Origin: Fidelibacterota bacterium
GTDB taxonomy: Bacteria; Fidelibacterota; Fidelibacteria; Fidelibacterales; DSDE01
Length of the DNA stretch: 30,325 nucleotides
NCBI GenBank assembly: GCA_046735395.1
Contig: JBJKQR010000003.1
Span: 1-30,325, forward strand
Direction: 5' to 3'
The notes below the pieces were generated by a model that was not told the origin of the DNA, ran no database searches, and saw nothing but the letters and a program-made list of their open reading frames with translations. The position numbers and the translations under genes were made by a program. Below, piece after piece: positions 19,001 to 27,367 of this stretch (within the stretch, counting starts at the first letter, position 1; each line of letters opens with the position of its first letter).

Positions 19001-19094
19001 CTACCGTCTCTGTAAAAACACCCTTCAGGCCGACTATACACGGGTCCAGATCGGCCTGGACTTCATACAGTTCGGCATCCGGCTGGGAATATAA
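16092..19094 (+). CDS. M1 family zinc aminopeptidase, exported, with C-terminal outer-membrane-like beta domain
   Basis: Signal peptide from GTG 16092 (GGAG SD), YWQQ.V.Y.I N-terminus, GGMEYP, HEVGH-X18-E (MDEGLN), YNK; about 330 aa of amphipathic beta-strands at the C-terminus. Confidence 0.92.
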   Translation: MKQFLKISQLVLIATFLWGASENYWQQKVKYTISATLIDSIHTVKGTEQLTYINNSPDTLDYIYMHLWPNAYRGTSTMLAHQKFRTGSTRMFFAPDSDFGGIDLSNVKQNGDSLHWEFRSADTADVAVFHLNRALAPSDSAVFTMDFQVLVPAVMSRMGHVGNHYEMVQWYPKPAVYDRKGWHPMSYLDMGEFYSEWGDFRVAVTLPSNYRVAATGVLQDSSEITWRDSLANHGQSLLDSLKSFRKKDIRGLKSLNSFSPASSKQMKTIHFAQNNIHDFAWFADKRFIPCRDTLKLKSGRVMTAWTYSLPQHLENFRLSNDYIRDAVGYFSDWFMEYPYESATVVDGDFSAGGGMEYPMITLINNSSAQPILELTIIHEVGHNWFYGLSGSNERDYPYMDEGLNSYAENRYWAAKYPNNRMFDHQETTPLPFRMLNYLLRNPGKKDVSRLQYLMSAAQRMDQPANLASEAYTFPNYGMIVYNKTSLITETLTACLGDSLTTACWHEYFRRWAYRHPQPEDIRSVFEDVSGQDLSWFFDGLLAGDGRIDYKLDSYACREDKDRYNTDIRIRNLGDVAPPLPLQLRSENGSEEKTVWLQPEKKEENFQIQTNFLVKDVEIDPEHVLPETNAANNSSRSVPELNLYAWDVTPGEKYAISFLPYLWTNPVDRVVPGLIFFHHNPTPSDRNWYGRLSVGPESGIVNYVASTSASRFPAAGKSVSHLLRLKGNDFFTSLKAGHTFMNRSVMKPDNKTTNSVDLIFQDIRHIRKSFSGETFEFFNPLAWSEGRILSAAFSRKMEKKETLSNFSWTADARIGNWASQGTFERLSSTLYTRHRYSRKGSIRTTVFGALLFGKVPLQQNYYLASEIDPDFDRGYFMSRASDEMAPGQTLMLAAAHTLYGFNIEDTAPDAAGHSSAMLLAKSSVNIPKLEAFSIHGGVAAYYNTEPKKQLDIYSSISLAMAMGPVNVVYTPYRLCKNTLQADYTRVQIGLDFIQFGIRLGI

Positions 19095-19154
19095 TATTTT
19101 CTCATAATCAACCTGAGATCCTGTTTATTTCCGGAATTAAGGCATATCAACGAA

Positions 19155-19179
19155 GGACCGGCATTATCAATGCCGGTCC
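19155..19179. terminator. Hairpin between convergent genes (probable terminator)
   Basis: Perfect 11-bp stem GGACCGGCATT-ATC-AATGCCGGTCC; U-tracts are weak. Confidence 0.65.
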
Positions 19180-19264
19180 ACGGTTATAATTCCCGATTAA
19201 TAGTCTTATCGAAAAAAAAGTCAGCGAAAAACAGTCTTATTAGCAGGACCTTCTGAATTTCGTT

Positions 19265-20461
19265 TTATTCGAGTTCCGCGCTTTTTTCCCAGGGCGGAAA
19301 AATCCTGACAAGAACGAAAAGGATGATGAAGGGCAGGGCAAAAATCGCCAGCGCCATGAGAAGGCCTTCTATACCCAGGAATGACATCTTATAAACCGTC
19401 AGCCCCCGGAAGCTTTTAGAAAATAGCTGTCCGCCGATGACCACATTCCATCTTGTGGAAAAAATACCGACCTGTACAAGAATCGCGGCGAGGAAATAGG
19501 TCAGCTTTTTCAGTTCATCCGGAACGCGGAACATTTTCATCGAAGCAATAATCACCATGGGCAGGATCATGCCGATGAGGACCTGAACCACCACGAGACT
19601 GATAAACAGTTTGCCGCTTACCAATTCTCCCAGAATGTGAATACTTTCCTCCGATTCGTAAATCCGGTGCAGAACATCGAGAATTTCGAGGGAGAAATCG
19701 ATAATCATGGTATAGAACAGAAAACTCGCCAGCTTGTCAAGGCAGATCATGTCCACACCTCGTTTTTTCCAGGCGGACATGATCAGATACAGCAATAATA
19801 CAATGGCAATGCCGGATACAATTGCGGAGAACAGGAAAACAATGGGCATCAGTACGGATGACCACCAGGGGTTCGCCTTGATCGATCCGAAAATGAATCC
19901 CACATAGCCATGCAGCAGAAAAGCGGATGGAATTCCCACAATGGTGATTATTTTCTCAGCTTTGTCATCGAAATGCAGCGCGTCTTCGGAAACATCCTTC
20001 GAAAACAGCGATGTCAGTTTATAGAGATATTTCTTTAGACCTTTATAAGACTGGGCCCATCGGATCAGGTCAGCCCGGAAGTCAAACCAGATTTCCAGCA
20101 GCAGCACGGCCATCAGATACCAGGCGTAGACAAAGCCGAACATTGCCATGGCTGACGTTCCGTTCGGAGTCATGAGGATTTCATAGGCCCGTGATGGATG
20201 CGCCAGATGGGCAAGAAGCGGCAGCGTCGCGACCAGCATGAAGGACAAGGCCGTCAGCATCGCCAGGCGGTAAACGGGCTGAAGTTCCTGTACTTTAAAA
20301 ACCTTTACCAGAGATGCCAGGATAAATGCTCCTGCAACAAGTCCGGTGATATAGGGATAGAGTACGATGAGAATACTCCAGTGGAGTTCGATTTCATTCG
20401 GATATATAAAACCGGTGATTTGATTCAACAGCGGCGTAAGGTGTTGTACAATCGTTTCCAT
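19265..20461 (-). CDS. nrfD: NrfD/PsrC family quinone-interacting membrane subunit
   Basis: W...IVLYPYITGLVAGAF, LLAHLAHPSR, TSAMA.FG, LHGYVGFIF, RWNVVIGGQ; about 10 TM. The symbol is family-level only. Confidence 0.9.
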   Translation of the reverse strand: METIVQHLTPLLNQITGFIYPNEIELHWSILIVLYPYITGLVAGAFILASLVKVFKVQELQPVYRLAMLTALSFMLVATLPLLAHLAHPSRAYEILMTPNGTSAMAMFGFVYAWYLMAVLLLEIWFDFRADLIRWAQSYKGLKKYLYKLTSLFSKDVSEDALHFDDKAEKIITIVGIPSAFLLHGYVGFIFGSIKANPWWSSVLMPIVFLFSAIVSGIAIVLLLYLIMSAWKKRGVDMICLDKLASFLFYTMIIDFSLEILDVLHRIYESEESIHILGELVSGKLFISLVVVQVLIGMILPMVIIASMKMFRVPDELKKLTYFLAAILVQVGIFSTRWNVVIGGQLFSKSFRGLTVYKMSFLGIEGLLMALAIFALPFIILFVLVRIFPPWEKSAELE

Positions 20462-21246
20462 TATCTCACCTCTTTATCAAGATTTGCATATATGACTTTC
20501 GGTTCCGTATTCAGGGCGGGTTTCAGTACGCCGATCTTATGCCTCCGTTTGAAGCGCATCAGGGGGCTGCTTTTCTTCTCGACTTCACCGAATATCCGCG
20601 CTTCGACTGGACAATTCTCAACACAGGCAGGATCCTGGCCCTTTACGACCCGGTGGTAACAGAAGGTGCATTTGTCGGCAGTTTTGGTTACGGGATTGAG
20701 GTACCTGGCTCCATAGGGACAGGCCTGAATACAATAGCGGCATCCGATGCAGTAATCCTTGTCGACCAGCACCACTCCGTCGGGTGTCTTGAAGGTCGCG
20801 CCCACAGGACAGACCTGCACACAGGGCGGGTTTTCACAATGGTTGCACAGTTTGGGTACAAAGAAGGAGCGCATCACGTCTTCGTCATCCTGCTGCACTT
20901 CGGTGAAGCCGTCGACGGCGCCATTCGGGCTGTCCACCGTAGTAGTTCCATCCTGAAATATTTTATATCTCTCCACCCAGGTTCGGAAAAAGAAGGGTTC
21001 TCTCGGCACGTCATTTTCGGTTTTACAGGCATCCGCACAGCGGCCGCAGCCGATGCATTTATCGATGTCAATGGCCATCCCCCATTTGTGTTCAAAGGGA
21101 TTATAGTCTGTACCCAGAATCCAGGACTGCATTCTCTTCGCGATTTCGGCGGCATTCAGTATGAGTGGAGCTGATACTCCGATTACCGCCATGAATGCTT
21201 TCTTCAGGAAATTTCGTCTATTCAATGATCTGTCTTTATTCTTCAT
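20461..21246 (-). CDS. Tat-exported 4x[4Fe-4S] protein, NrfC/DmsB/PsrB-like
   Basis: Tat motif NRRNFLK; 16 Cys in CIGCGRCADAC, CNHCENPPCVQVCP, CIGCRYCIQACP, KCTFC...PACVENCP. ATG 21246 overlaps the upstream TAA; GGAGG SD. Confidence 0.93.
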   Translation of the reverse strand: MKNKDRSLNRRNFLKKAFMAVIGVSAPLILNAAEIAKRMQSWILGTDYNPFEHKWGMAIDIDKCIGCGRCADACKTENDVPREPFFFRTWVERYKIFQDGTTTVDSPNGAVDGFTEVQQDDEDVMRSFFVPKLCNHCENPPCVQVCPVGATFKTPDGVVLVDKDYCIGCRYCIQACPYGARYLNPVTKTADKCTFCYHRVVKGQDPACVENCPVEARIFGEVEKKSSPLMRFKRRHKIGVLKPALNTEPKVIYANLDKEVR

Positions 21247-22028
21247 TACTTGACCTCCGGAAAATGTGGATAGTGACACTGCCAGCAGACATAACTCTCG
21301 TGGTGAGTCTGAATATCTACACGGGGAATCGAGGACGGAGCGCTGCTTCCCGTATCATGGCATTCTCCGCAGAACTCTCTGTTCGTGGGTATGGATGGTT
21401 TCACTTCCCGTGGTGTTATTTTATGTTCTTCAGGCGTCACGTGGCATCTTTCACACGCGACGTACATATGGCTGGACTGGGATTTCAGATTGGCAATCTG
21501 CGCGTGGCAGGCCTTGCACTGCGTGGGTGTTTCCGGAGGTGTGGGATCATGCGGATCATGACAGTCCACGCAATTTTCCATCGGGTGATGCTCCTTGTCC
21601 TCAACCTGTGGAAACCCGGTGGGCCGGGATGACAGGTACTCATGACACAGGAGGCAGTATTTCCGGTCAGGGATGCGGAGCGCCACATCCTCCCCCTGCG
21701 TATGGGCATAAGCCGGGCCATGGCAGGCTTCGCAGTTCACGTTGTAGTGATACCCGCTATTTTTAAGGGCGACGATATCGTCATGACAGTCCGCGCAGAT
21801 CTGGTGTCCGGCGTACTTAACCGGCAGAGCAGCGATGGAATCGACGGCAGCAGCCCGGTAATGTCCGTATTTCCCGTAGCCTTCAGGAATAAAATACTGT
21901 CTGGCGACAATGAAAAGCACGACAAGTACCACGACGATGACAGACAATCTCTTTATCTGTTCCGGTATAGCAGTAAAATTCATTCTCATAATGTCCTTCA
22001 AATCCTTTCCATTATATTCAAATTTCAT
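21246..22028 (-). CDS. Membrane-anchored octaheme cytochrome c (2 x tetraheme repeat)
   Basis: One N-terminal TM; eight CXXCH motifs (CADCH, CEACH, CLLCH, CVDCH, CKACH, CERCH, CGECH, CWQCH). Start at 22028 (ATGA overlap) or M14/M16. Confidence 0.93.
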   Translation of the reverse strand: MKFEYNGKDLKDIMRMNFTAIPEQIKRLSVIVVVLVVLFIVARQYFIPEGYGKYGHYRAAAVDSIAALPVKYAGHQICADCHDDIVALKNSGYHYNVNCEACHGPAYAHTQGEDVALRIPDRKYCLLCHEYLSSRPTGFPQVEDKEHHPMENCVDCHDPHDPTPPETPTQCKACHAQIANLKSQSSHMYVACERCHVTPEEHKITPREVKPSIPTNREFCGECHDTGSSAPSSIPRVDIQTHHESYVCWQCHYPHFPEVK

Positions 22029-23674
22029 TTTCCGGTGTCCTCTGTATGTGAGTCGTTTGACTTATAAATATTTTTATTGTACATGACTGAAATACCGAGC
22101 AGGGATAAACCCAGGATGAGAAATGAGGCGATTCGTAAAAACGGATCCGGGTTCTGTATCCCGATAATGAAGATGTAAATGACCGTCACCATCATCGTCC
22201 CGATACCCATCCAGCGATATTTCACATTACTCAGGAGACGGCTCAGGCCAAAATACAGCAGGGCAATACTGATCCAGGATACAATGACCCAGGCCGGACT
22301 GACAATATGATACATGGCCCAGGGCAGGATGAAAAACGCGGATCCGAGATAGGCATTTCTCATCATTTCTGTCTGCAGCTGCAGCCGGTTCTTCTGAAAA
22401 TTCATAATCCGTGCGCTCAGCAGGGCAACTATCCCGAAACTCAGACTCACGGAAGCGACATTTCCCTGAACGACCATATAGACGATAAAAATCAGCAGAA
22501 ATATGAAAAAATTCGCGCTGACGATGATCTGCGACCGGAACCACAGAGCGGTGCTGATGACCAGAAGGCTTTGCCAGGCGAGAAATATGAATGAATGAGG
22601 CTGGGGAACCGCCGAGAGAATGGCTGTGCTTAAGGAAAGATATGCCAGTATCGCCGCAAAGAACGTGACATAGGTGCTCCGTTCCTTCACCCAGTAAATA
22701 ATTGCCACATAAAAATAGGAAAGCGTCAGCAGCATTTGCCAGACAAACGACGTAGCATTGAACTTCAGCAGTGAAATCATCATGAACAGCACAAAGGTCC
22801 CGGTCAGATAATTCAGGGATGTAACGATCAATTCCGGATTTTCTTCCTTATCTCTCCGCAGTAAAAGTGTGCTGGCAAAAATAACTGAATTGATCAGCAG
22901 AAAGAGGAGATTGGACTCGGGCGCAGACTGCAGCAGAAAATCATTTCCCAGCTGGGGATTATTCAGGAACCAGAGGAAATGGCATATAAAGCTCAAATTG
23001 ACTGAAATGATAAACAGCGACAGCCAGTTATATTTTTTAAATATCATGAACTGCAGTACATTGAGTCCGGTGACAAGGAGAAATCTCAACATCGGATCGG
23101 GCTCAATGATCGCTGTGAAATATCCGAGCGAAAGGCTGATTATCATCAGAACTTTTGAATTCAGTCTGAAGGAATTCACGAATCCCAGAGTTGAAACAGC
23201 CGTCAGCAGAATAAATTCGAGAGCCTGTGAATGTATATGGACATGATTTGTATTGTGCCCCATGTACAGAGTAATGATATACAGCATGAGAATACAGCCG
23301 CCCAGGATGTAATTACTCAGTGATCCGAACCAGTCAGATTTGAGTTTAAGGATAAACATGATGGCAAAGACGGTGACATAGGCAATTGAATCCGGAATAA
23401 CCGGATTGACACCTGCATAGGGAAAGAACAGAATGAAGAGAAGGGCTACACCGATGACCAGAAGTCCGAATTTTGCAAACCAGTTGCTGCCGATCTGAAA
23501 CTCCAGCTGGTCATCGATCCGTAATTTATCACTTTTCGATTCCAACGCCTGCGCTTTGTACTTTTCGTACATGCTGGCATGAAAATTCACATAGGACTCG
23601 AGGATCTTCAACTTTTCTTCGAGAGTTGAAATGCGGGCTTCGAGTACGGTATTTTCTTGCAATGGTAATTCCAT
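22025..23674 (-). CDS. Polytopic membrane protein, DUF2339-like
   Basis: N-terminal coiled coil (ARISTLEEKL), LEFQIGSNWFAKFG motif, about 16-18 TM segments, C-terminal RIASFLILGLSLLGISVMY. Confidence 0.78.
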   Translation of the reverse strand: MELPLQENTVLEARISTLEEKLKILESYVNFHASMYEKYKAQALESKSDKLRIDDQLEFQIGSNWFAKFGLLVIGVALLFILFFPYAGVNPVIPDSIAYVTVFAIMFILKLKSDWFGSLSNYILGGCILMLYIITLYMGHNTNHVHIHSQALEFILLTAVSTLGFVNSFRLNSKVLMIISLSLGYFTAIIEPDPMLRFLLVTGLNVLQFMIFKKYNWLSLFIISVNLSFICHFLWFLNNPQLGNDFLLQSAPESNLLFLLINSVIFASTLLLRRDKEENPELIVTSLNYLTGTFVLFMMISLLKFNATSFVWQMLLTLSYFYVAIIYWVKERSTYVTFFAAILAYLSLSTAILSAVPQPHSFIFLAWQSLLVISTALWFRSQIIVSANFFIFLLIFIVYMVVQGNVASVSLSFGIVALLSARIMNFQKNRLQLQTEMMRNAYLGSAFFILPWAMYHIVSPAWVIVSWISIALLYFGLSRLLSNVKYRWMGIGTMMVTVIYIFIIGIQNPDPFLRIASFLILGLSLLGISVMYNKNIYKSNDSHTEDTGK

Positions 23675-23801
23675 CGGTGTGTCACCATATAACAGATGCA
23701 GGTGAAACTGTCTGAGCTTCGTTCAATCCTGCATTCCCCCTGTGCAGCGGCAGGTCGGATTAATCGTATTTTGTTAAGTGAGGCAAAAATCCCCTTCAGG
23801 T

Positions 23802-23837
23802 TTGTCTCATATTATGACAATATTTATCCCATTGCAA
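23802..23837 (-). promoter_or_regulatory. Putative sigma70 promoter of the respiratory operon with an overlapping palindrome
   Basis: Minus strand TTGCAA (23837-23832), 17 bp, TAATAT (23814-23809); palindrome TTGTC-N9-GACAA at 23802-23820 covers the -10. Confidence 0.5.
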
Positions 23838-24021
23838 GAATATTTTCCCTCTGCGGATTTGCCGGCAGCCGCTTCCCCGTTCCGGACTGTTGCCGCTTCA
23901 CTCCGCAACAGCAGTGAATTCAATTATTTCCAAATTATGGTTAAGTTTTTTTCAGTATAGAATTAAGGATATATAATAATTCTTTCCCGGACAATTGGAG
24001 GTGGCGGGTGAGGAATCAGGG

Positions 24022-25734
24022 TCAGTATATCGGAAATTTCATATGAACCGTGATACCCTCCTCCGCGGAACTCGTTACCGCGATATCACCCCGGTGAAGG
24101 GTTACAACCAATTTCGCGAAATTTGTCCCCAGACCGCTTCCGTTCTCTTTCGTGGAATTGAATTTTTCAAAGAAGGTCTGGACCTGGTTTTCCTTCAGCA
24201 GAGGCCCTTTATTATTGATCGTGACACGCAGGATATCATCATTCAGCTGGGATTTGATCCGAATCAGCCGCTCTTCCTCAGTCTGTAAATCCGTCACATG
24301 TTCGATCGCGTTCTGTATCAGGTTCAGCAGGGCATTATTCACCAGTACCCTGTCGATTTCCAGGATGATCTGAGCATCCCCGTGCTCATGTTCAATCCGA
24401 ACCCCGCCGTCCGGCTGCGATAAATTCAAATCACCGACTAGGCTGTCCATATTCTGAATCCAATCCGTCCGTTCCCTTTTCACTTCCTCCCTGCCTGACT
24501 CCAGATCCTGCAGTTCCTTCATCTTTGTAATGATGCCGATCATCTGCCGGGATGTCTTGTGAATCGCCTCGATTAATTCAAGCTGCTGATCACTTAATTT
24601 TTCATTAGCGTAATCCTTCAGGATTTCGCTGTATCCCTGAATCGGCTGTATCAGGTTCTTCAGCTCATGCCGTAAATACTGGGCCGTTTCCTTTTCCTTG
24701 TCCTTCAGCAGCTTTTCCTGATACTTTACGAATGTCCTGTCCTGTTTGATCGCGATAAATTTCAGGTCCCCGTTGTTCTGTCTCACCGGTGTGATGGACA
24801 TTTCCTCAATGAGATTGATTCCATGACGTGTCCGGTTGACGATTTCCCCCCTCCAGGTCTTTCCGGATACAATGGTTGTCCACATCTCCTTATAAAATGA
24901 GTCAGGCTGCCATCCGCTTTTTAATATTTTTACATTTTTACCGACCAGATCATATCCGGTTAATTTTTCATAACTCGGATTGACATACTCAACCACCCCC
25001 TTATCATCGGTCACCACGATACCGTCTTCGGACATATTGATACAGGTCTTCAAATTTTCCAGTTCATTCTGGTAATATTTAATATCCGTCACATCCTGAA
25101 CAATGCCGATCATTTCGATTGGCTTTCCCTGTGAATCCCGAATAACGGTTCCGTTTTCACGCATCCAGCGAACCATACCGTTCTGAGTGATGATTCGATG
25201 ATCAATCTCATACTTTCTATCAAATTTTAGAGCTTCGTCCACGCATTCGGAAACACGGTCCCTGTCGAGGGGATGCACCGCTTCCAGAAAGGCATCATAA
25301 CTTCTGCCGAACGTGCCGGGGCTGATTCCGAACAGATTCTCGATGTTATCACTCCAGAACAGTTCGTCCCTTTCCATATTCCATTCCCAGATACCCAGCT
25401 TTGCGGCCTGCTGCGAAATCACAACGCGGCGGATATATACATCATTTTCCCTGTTCAGCTTCTGCAGGTTCCGGAGTATCCGTATGCTGAATTGATCCGT
25501 AATGAGAAAAAACAGCATCAGCGGAATCCCTATCACCAGCCAGATATGTAGTTCCTCCCCCCTGCTCAGACCCGTATCATTCATGAATAAAAAACGGGAA
25601 AACGCCGCTCTCTGAACGGATACATTGACTACGGCTGACCCGATGAACCAGGATATGATAAATATGGAGCCGACAAATACGGATCGGATGCCGATTTTCA
25701 GATCAAGTAAGGTTCTGACAAGATTCTTTTCCAT
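24022..25734 (-). CDS. Membrane PAS-PAS sensor histidine kinase
   Basis: Two TM; PAS (GIWEW...VHPLDR...VRWMRE); second PAS (YVNPSYEKLTGY...ILKSG...FYKEMW); H-box LRHELKN; N-box NLIQNAIE; F-box FFEKF; G2 GSGLG. Confidence 0.93.
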   Translation of the reverse strand: MEKNLVRTLLDLKIGIRSVFVGSIFIISWFIGSAVVNVSVQRAAFSRFLFMNDTGLSRGEELHIWLVIGIPLMLFFLITDQFSIRILRNLQKLNRENDVYIRRVVISQQAAKLGIWEWNMERDELFWSDNIENLFGISPGTFGRSYDAFLEAVHPLDRDRVSECVDEALKFDRKYEIDHRIITQNGMVRWMRENGTVIRDSQGKPIEMIGIVQDVTDIKYYQNELENLKTCINMSEDGIVVTDDKGVVEYVNPSYEKLTGYDLVGKNVKILKSGWQPDSFYKEMWTTIVSGKTWRGEIVNRTRHGINLIEEMSITPVRQNNGDLKFIAIKQDRTFVKYQEKLLKDKEKETAQYLRHELKNLIQPIQGYSEILKDYANEKLSDQQLELIEAIHKTSRQMIGIITKMKELQDLESGREEVKRERTDWIQNMDSLVGDLNLSQPDGGVRIEHEHGDAQIILEIDRVLVNNALLNLIQNAIEHVTDLQTEEERLIRIKSQLNDDILRVTINNKGPLLKENQVQTFFEKFNSTKENGSGLGTNFAKLVVTLHRGDIAVTSSAEEGITVHMKFPIY

Positions 25735-25869
25735 AACCAGTGCCCCCCTTCTGCGAGTATTCCTCCCTGTATTTTAAAATAAAAATAGGCTCCTGGGGCA
25801 TCTAAAGTGAAACGGATCAGATGTTTATTGAATTTTTTTAGGAAAAGTAGTGCACTTATACAGGTCTGC

Positions 25870-27321
25870 TCAGAATCCGTAGAAGATGCCGACTCTGAAC
25901 GTCATGCCTCCGGACTGACGGAGTGTCGGCCTCGCGGGCCCGGGCTCAGGAATGATTTTCGGCCCTGAAACCTGTTTCAGTGAGGGAATCAGCTGCTGTA
26001 CGGCAAGGAATAACTCCATGCGCTTATATTTATATACACACTCCGCATTTGCCTGCCAGACCTGCAGATCAAACAGGGTATGCACCTGTTTTTCGACGGA
26101 ATCCAGTCCGAATTCCAGATCCGCATTGACACCCGCGTCGGCGCTGATTCCTGCGAAATAATAGCTGATGGCCGGCCGGAAGGTAAACGTGGATACGGAT
26201 TTTTCCATCCAGACGCGGACGGACCGGGTACGGAAGCTGATGTCTCCGTCAATGAAACCCTGATGGGAAATGGGTATGAGGCCCCAGAAATCATAACCCA
26301 GCACGGGCGTGGACAGGCTGTCCGACAGGGACAGGCGCCCCTGGCCGGCCGTGAGGACTACACCGGCATGGGCCATTCCGGCCTGATACTTCAGAAAGGC
26401 TGAACCTGAGTTACCGGTTCCGGACAGGAGTTCCCGGATATCCCATTTTTCAAACTGATCATCCTGACCGGCCTGATTTTCAAAGCGGAGTTTATGGTAG
26501 ATTACAGAGATCCGCTGAGTTCCCCTGCTGAGACCCAGTTCAGCCCGCCGGGTTCGTCCATGAGTCACGATGCGTACCTGGTGCTGCCCGGCCAGACGCG
26601 CATCGCCTATATTCAGGTAAGTGAGTAGCGCCCGGTCGCGGAGATTTTCTCCCTCGAGCATCCAGAAAATATTGAAGGCTCCCGGCACAATTCGTTCTGA
26701 CCCGATCCGTATTTTTTCCGAGGAAGCTGACTGTTTCATATGAAAATCCGATCCGAAGGACAGGGGCAGCAGATCGAAAAAATAACGATTCTGTTTCGAA
26801 TTTGTCTCTGACCGGGCATAGGAGGAAATATGAAAATCCGTCGGGCAGGACAGAGCTGATCCACTCCAGTAAAGATAATGCCTGAATCTGCGGGTTCGGG
26901 TATTCAATTCAATGTCGTAGTTTCCGAAATTGATCAGGCTTGTATCCGTCACGTCACTTTTATTTAAAATATTTCTGAAAGCGGCTGTATTGGAAGCAAC
27001 ATTCACAGAGAGCTGCAGGCCGGCAATCACGGGAGTCGTGAAGCCCATATCCAGTCCGGTACTGCGGCTCAGGGTCAGCAGCGAATCGGCCTTTTTCAGC
27101 CGGTAAATATTTTCATACAGACCTGAAATCCGGATGCCGGGAGCCTGTTCTTTCCTTTGCGCAGATTCGGGCAGAAGTGGAGCAAAAACAGAATCGCTCC
27201 GTCCCGGATTCGGCAGCAGCAGAAAAAAAATGGTCATCCATGCAATCAGACAGGGAGTTGCCTCCCTGCCTGATCGTAAACTGTTCCAAAGACGTCTGTT
27301 TATTTCCATTCCCTTTTTCAT
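25870..27321 (-). CDS. Hypothetical exported protein, probable outer-membrane beta-barrel
   Basis: 483-aa ORF, hydrophobic N-terminal segment, alternating amphipathic strands, C-terminal beta-signal-like MTFRVGIFYGF. Start codon uncertain. Confidence 0.65.
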   Translation of the reverse strand: MKKGMEINRRLWNSLRSGREATPCLIAWMTIFFLLLPNPGRSDSVFAPLLPESAQRKEQAPGIRISGLYENIYRLKKADSLLTLSRSTGLDMGFTTPVIAGLQLSVNVASNTAAFRNILNKSDVTDTSLINFGNYDIELNTRTRRFRHYLYWSGSALSCPTDFHISSYARSETNSKQNRYFFDLLPLSFGSDFHMKQSASSEKIRIGSERIVPGAFNIFWMLEGENLRDRALLTYLNIGDARLAGQHQVRIVTHGRTRRAELGLSRGTQRISVIYHKLRFENQAGQDDQFEKWDIRELLSGTGNSGSAFLKYQAGMAHAGVVLTAGQGRLSLSDSLSTPVLGYDFWGLIPISHQGFIDGDISFRTRSVRVWMEKSVSTFTFRPAISYYFAGISADAGVNADLEFGLDSVEKQVHTLFDLQVWQANAECVYKYKRMELFLAVQQLIPSLKQVSGPKIIPEPGPARPTLRQSGGMTFRVGIFYGF

Positions 27322-27367
27322 GGCGGATTCGTGACCGCGAATGGATGGGCGGGTCAGGAATTGTACC

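Noticed and set aside
19265..22028. Nrf nitrite reductase or polysulfide reductase operon
   Set aside because: No NrfA (CXXCK) or molybdopterin subunit; only the electron-transfer module is present.
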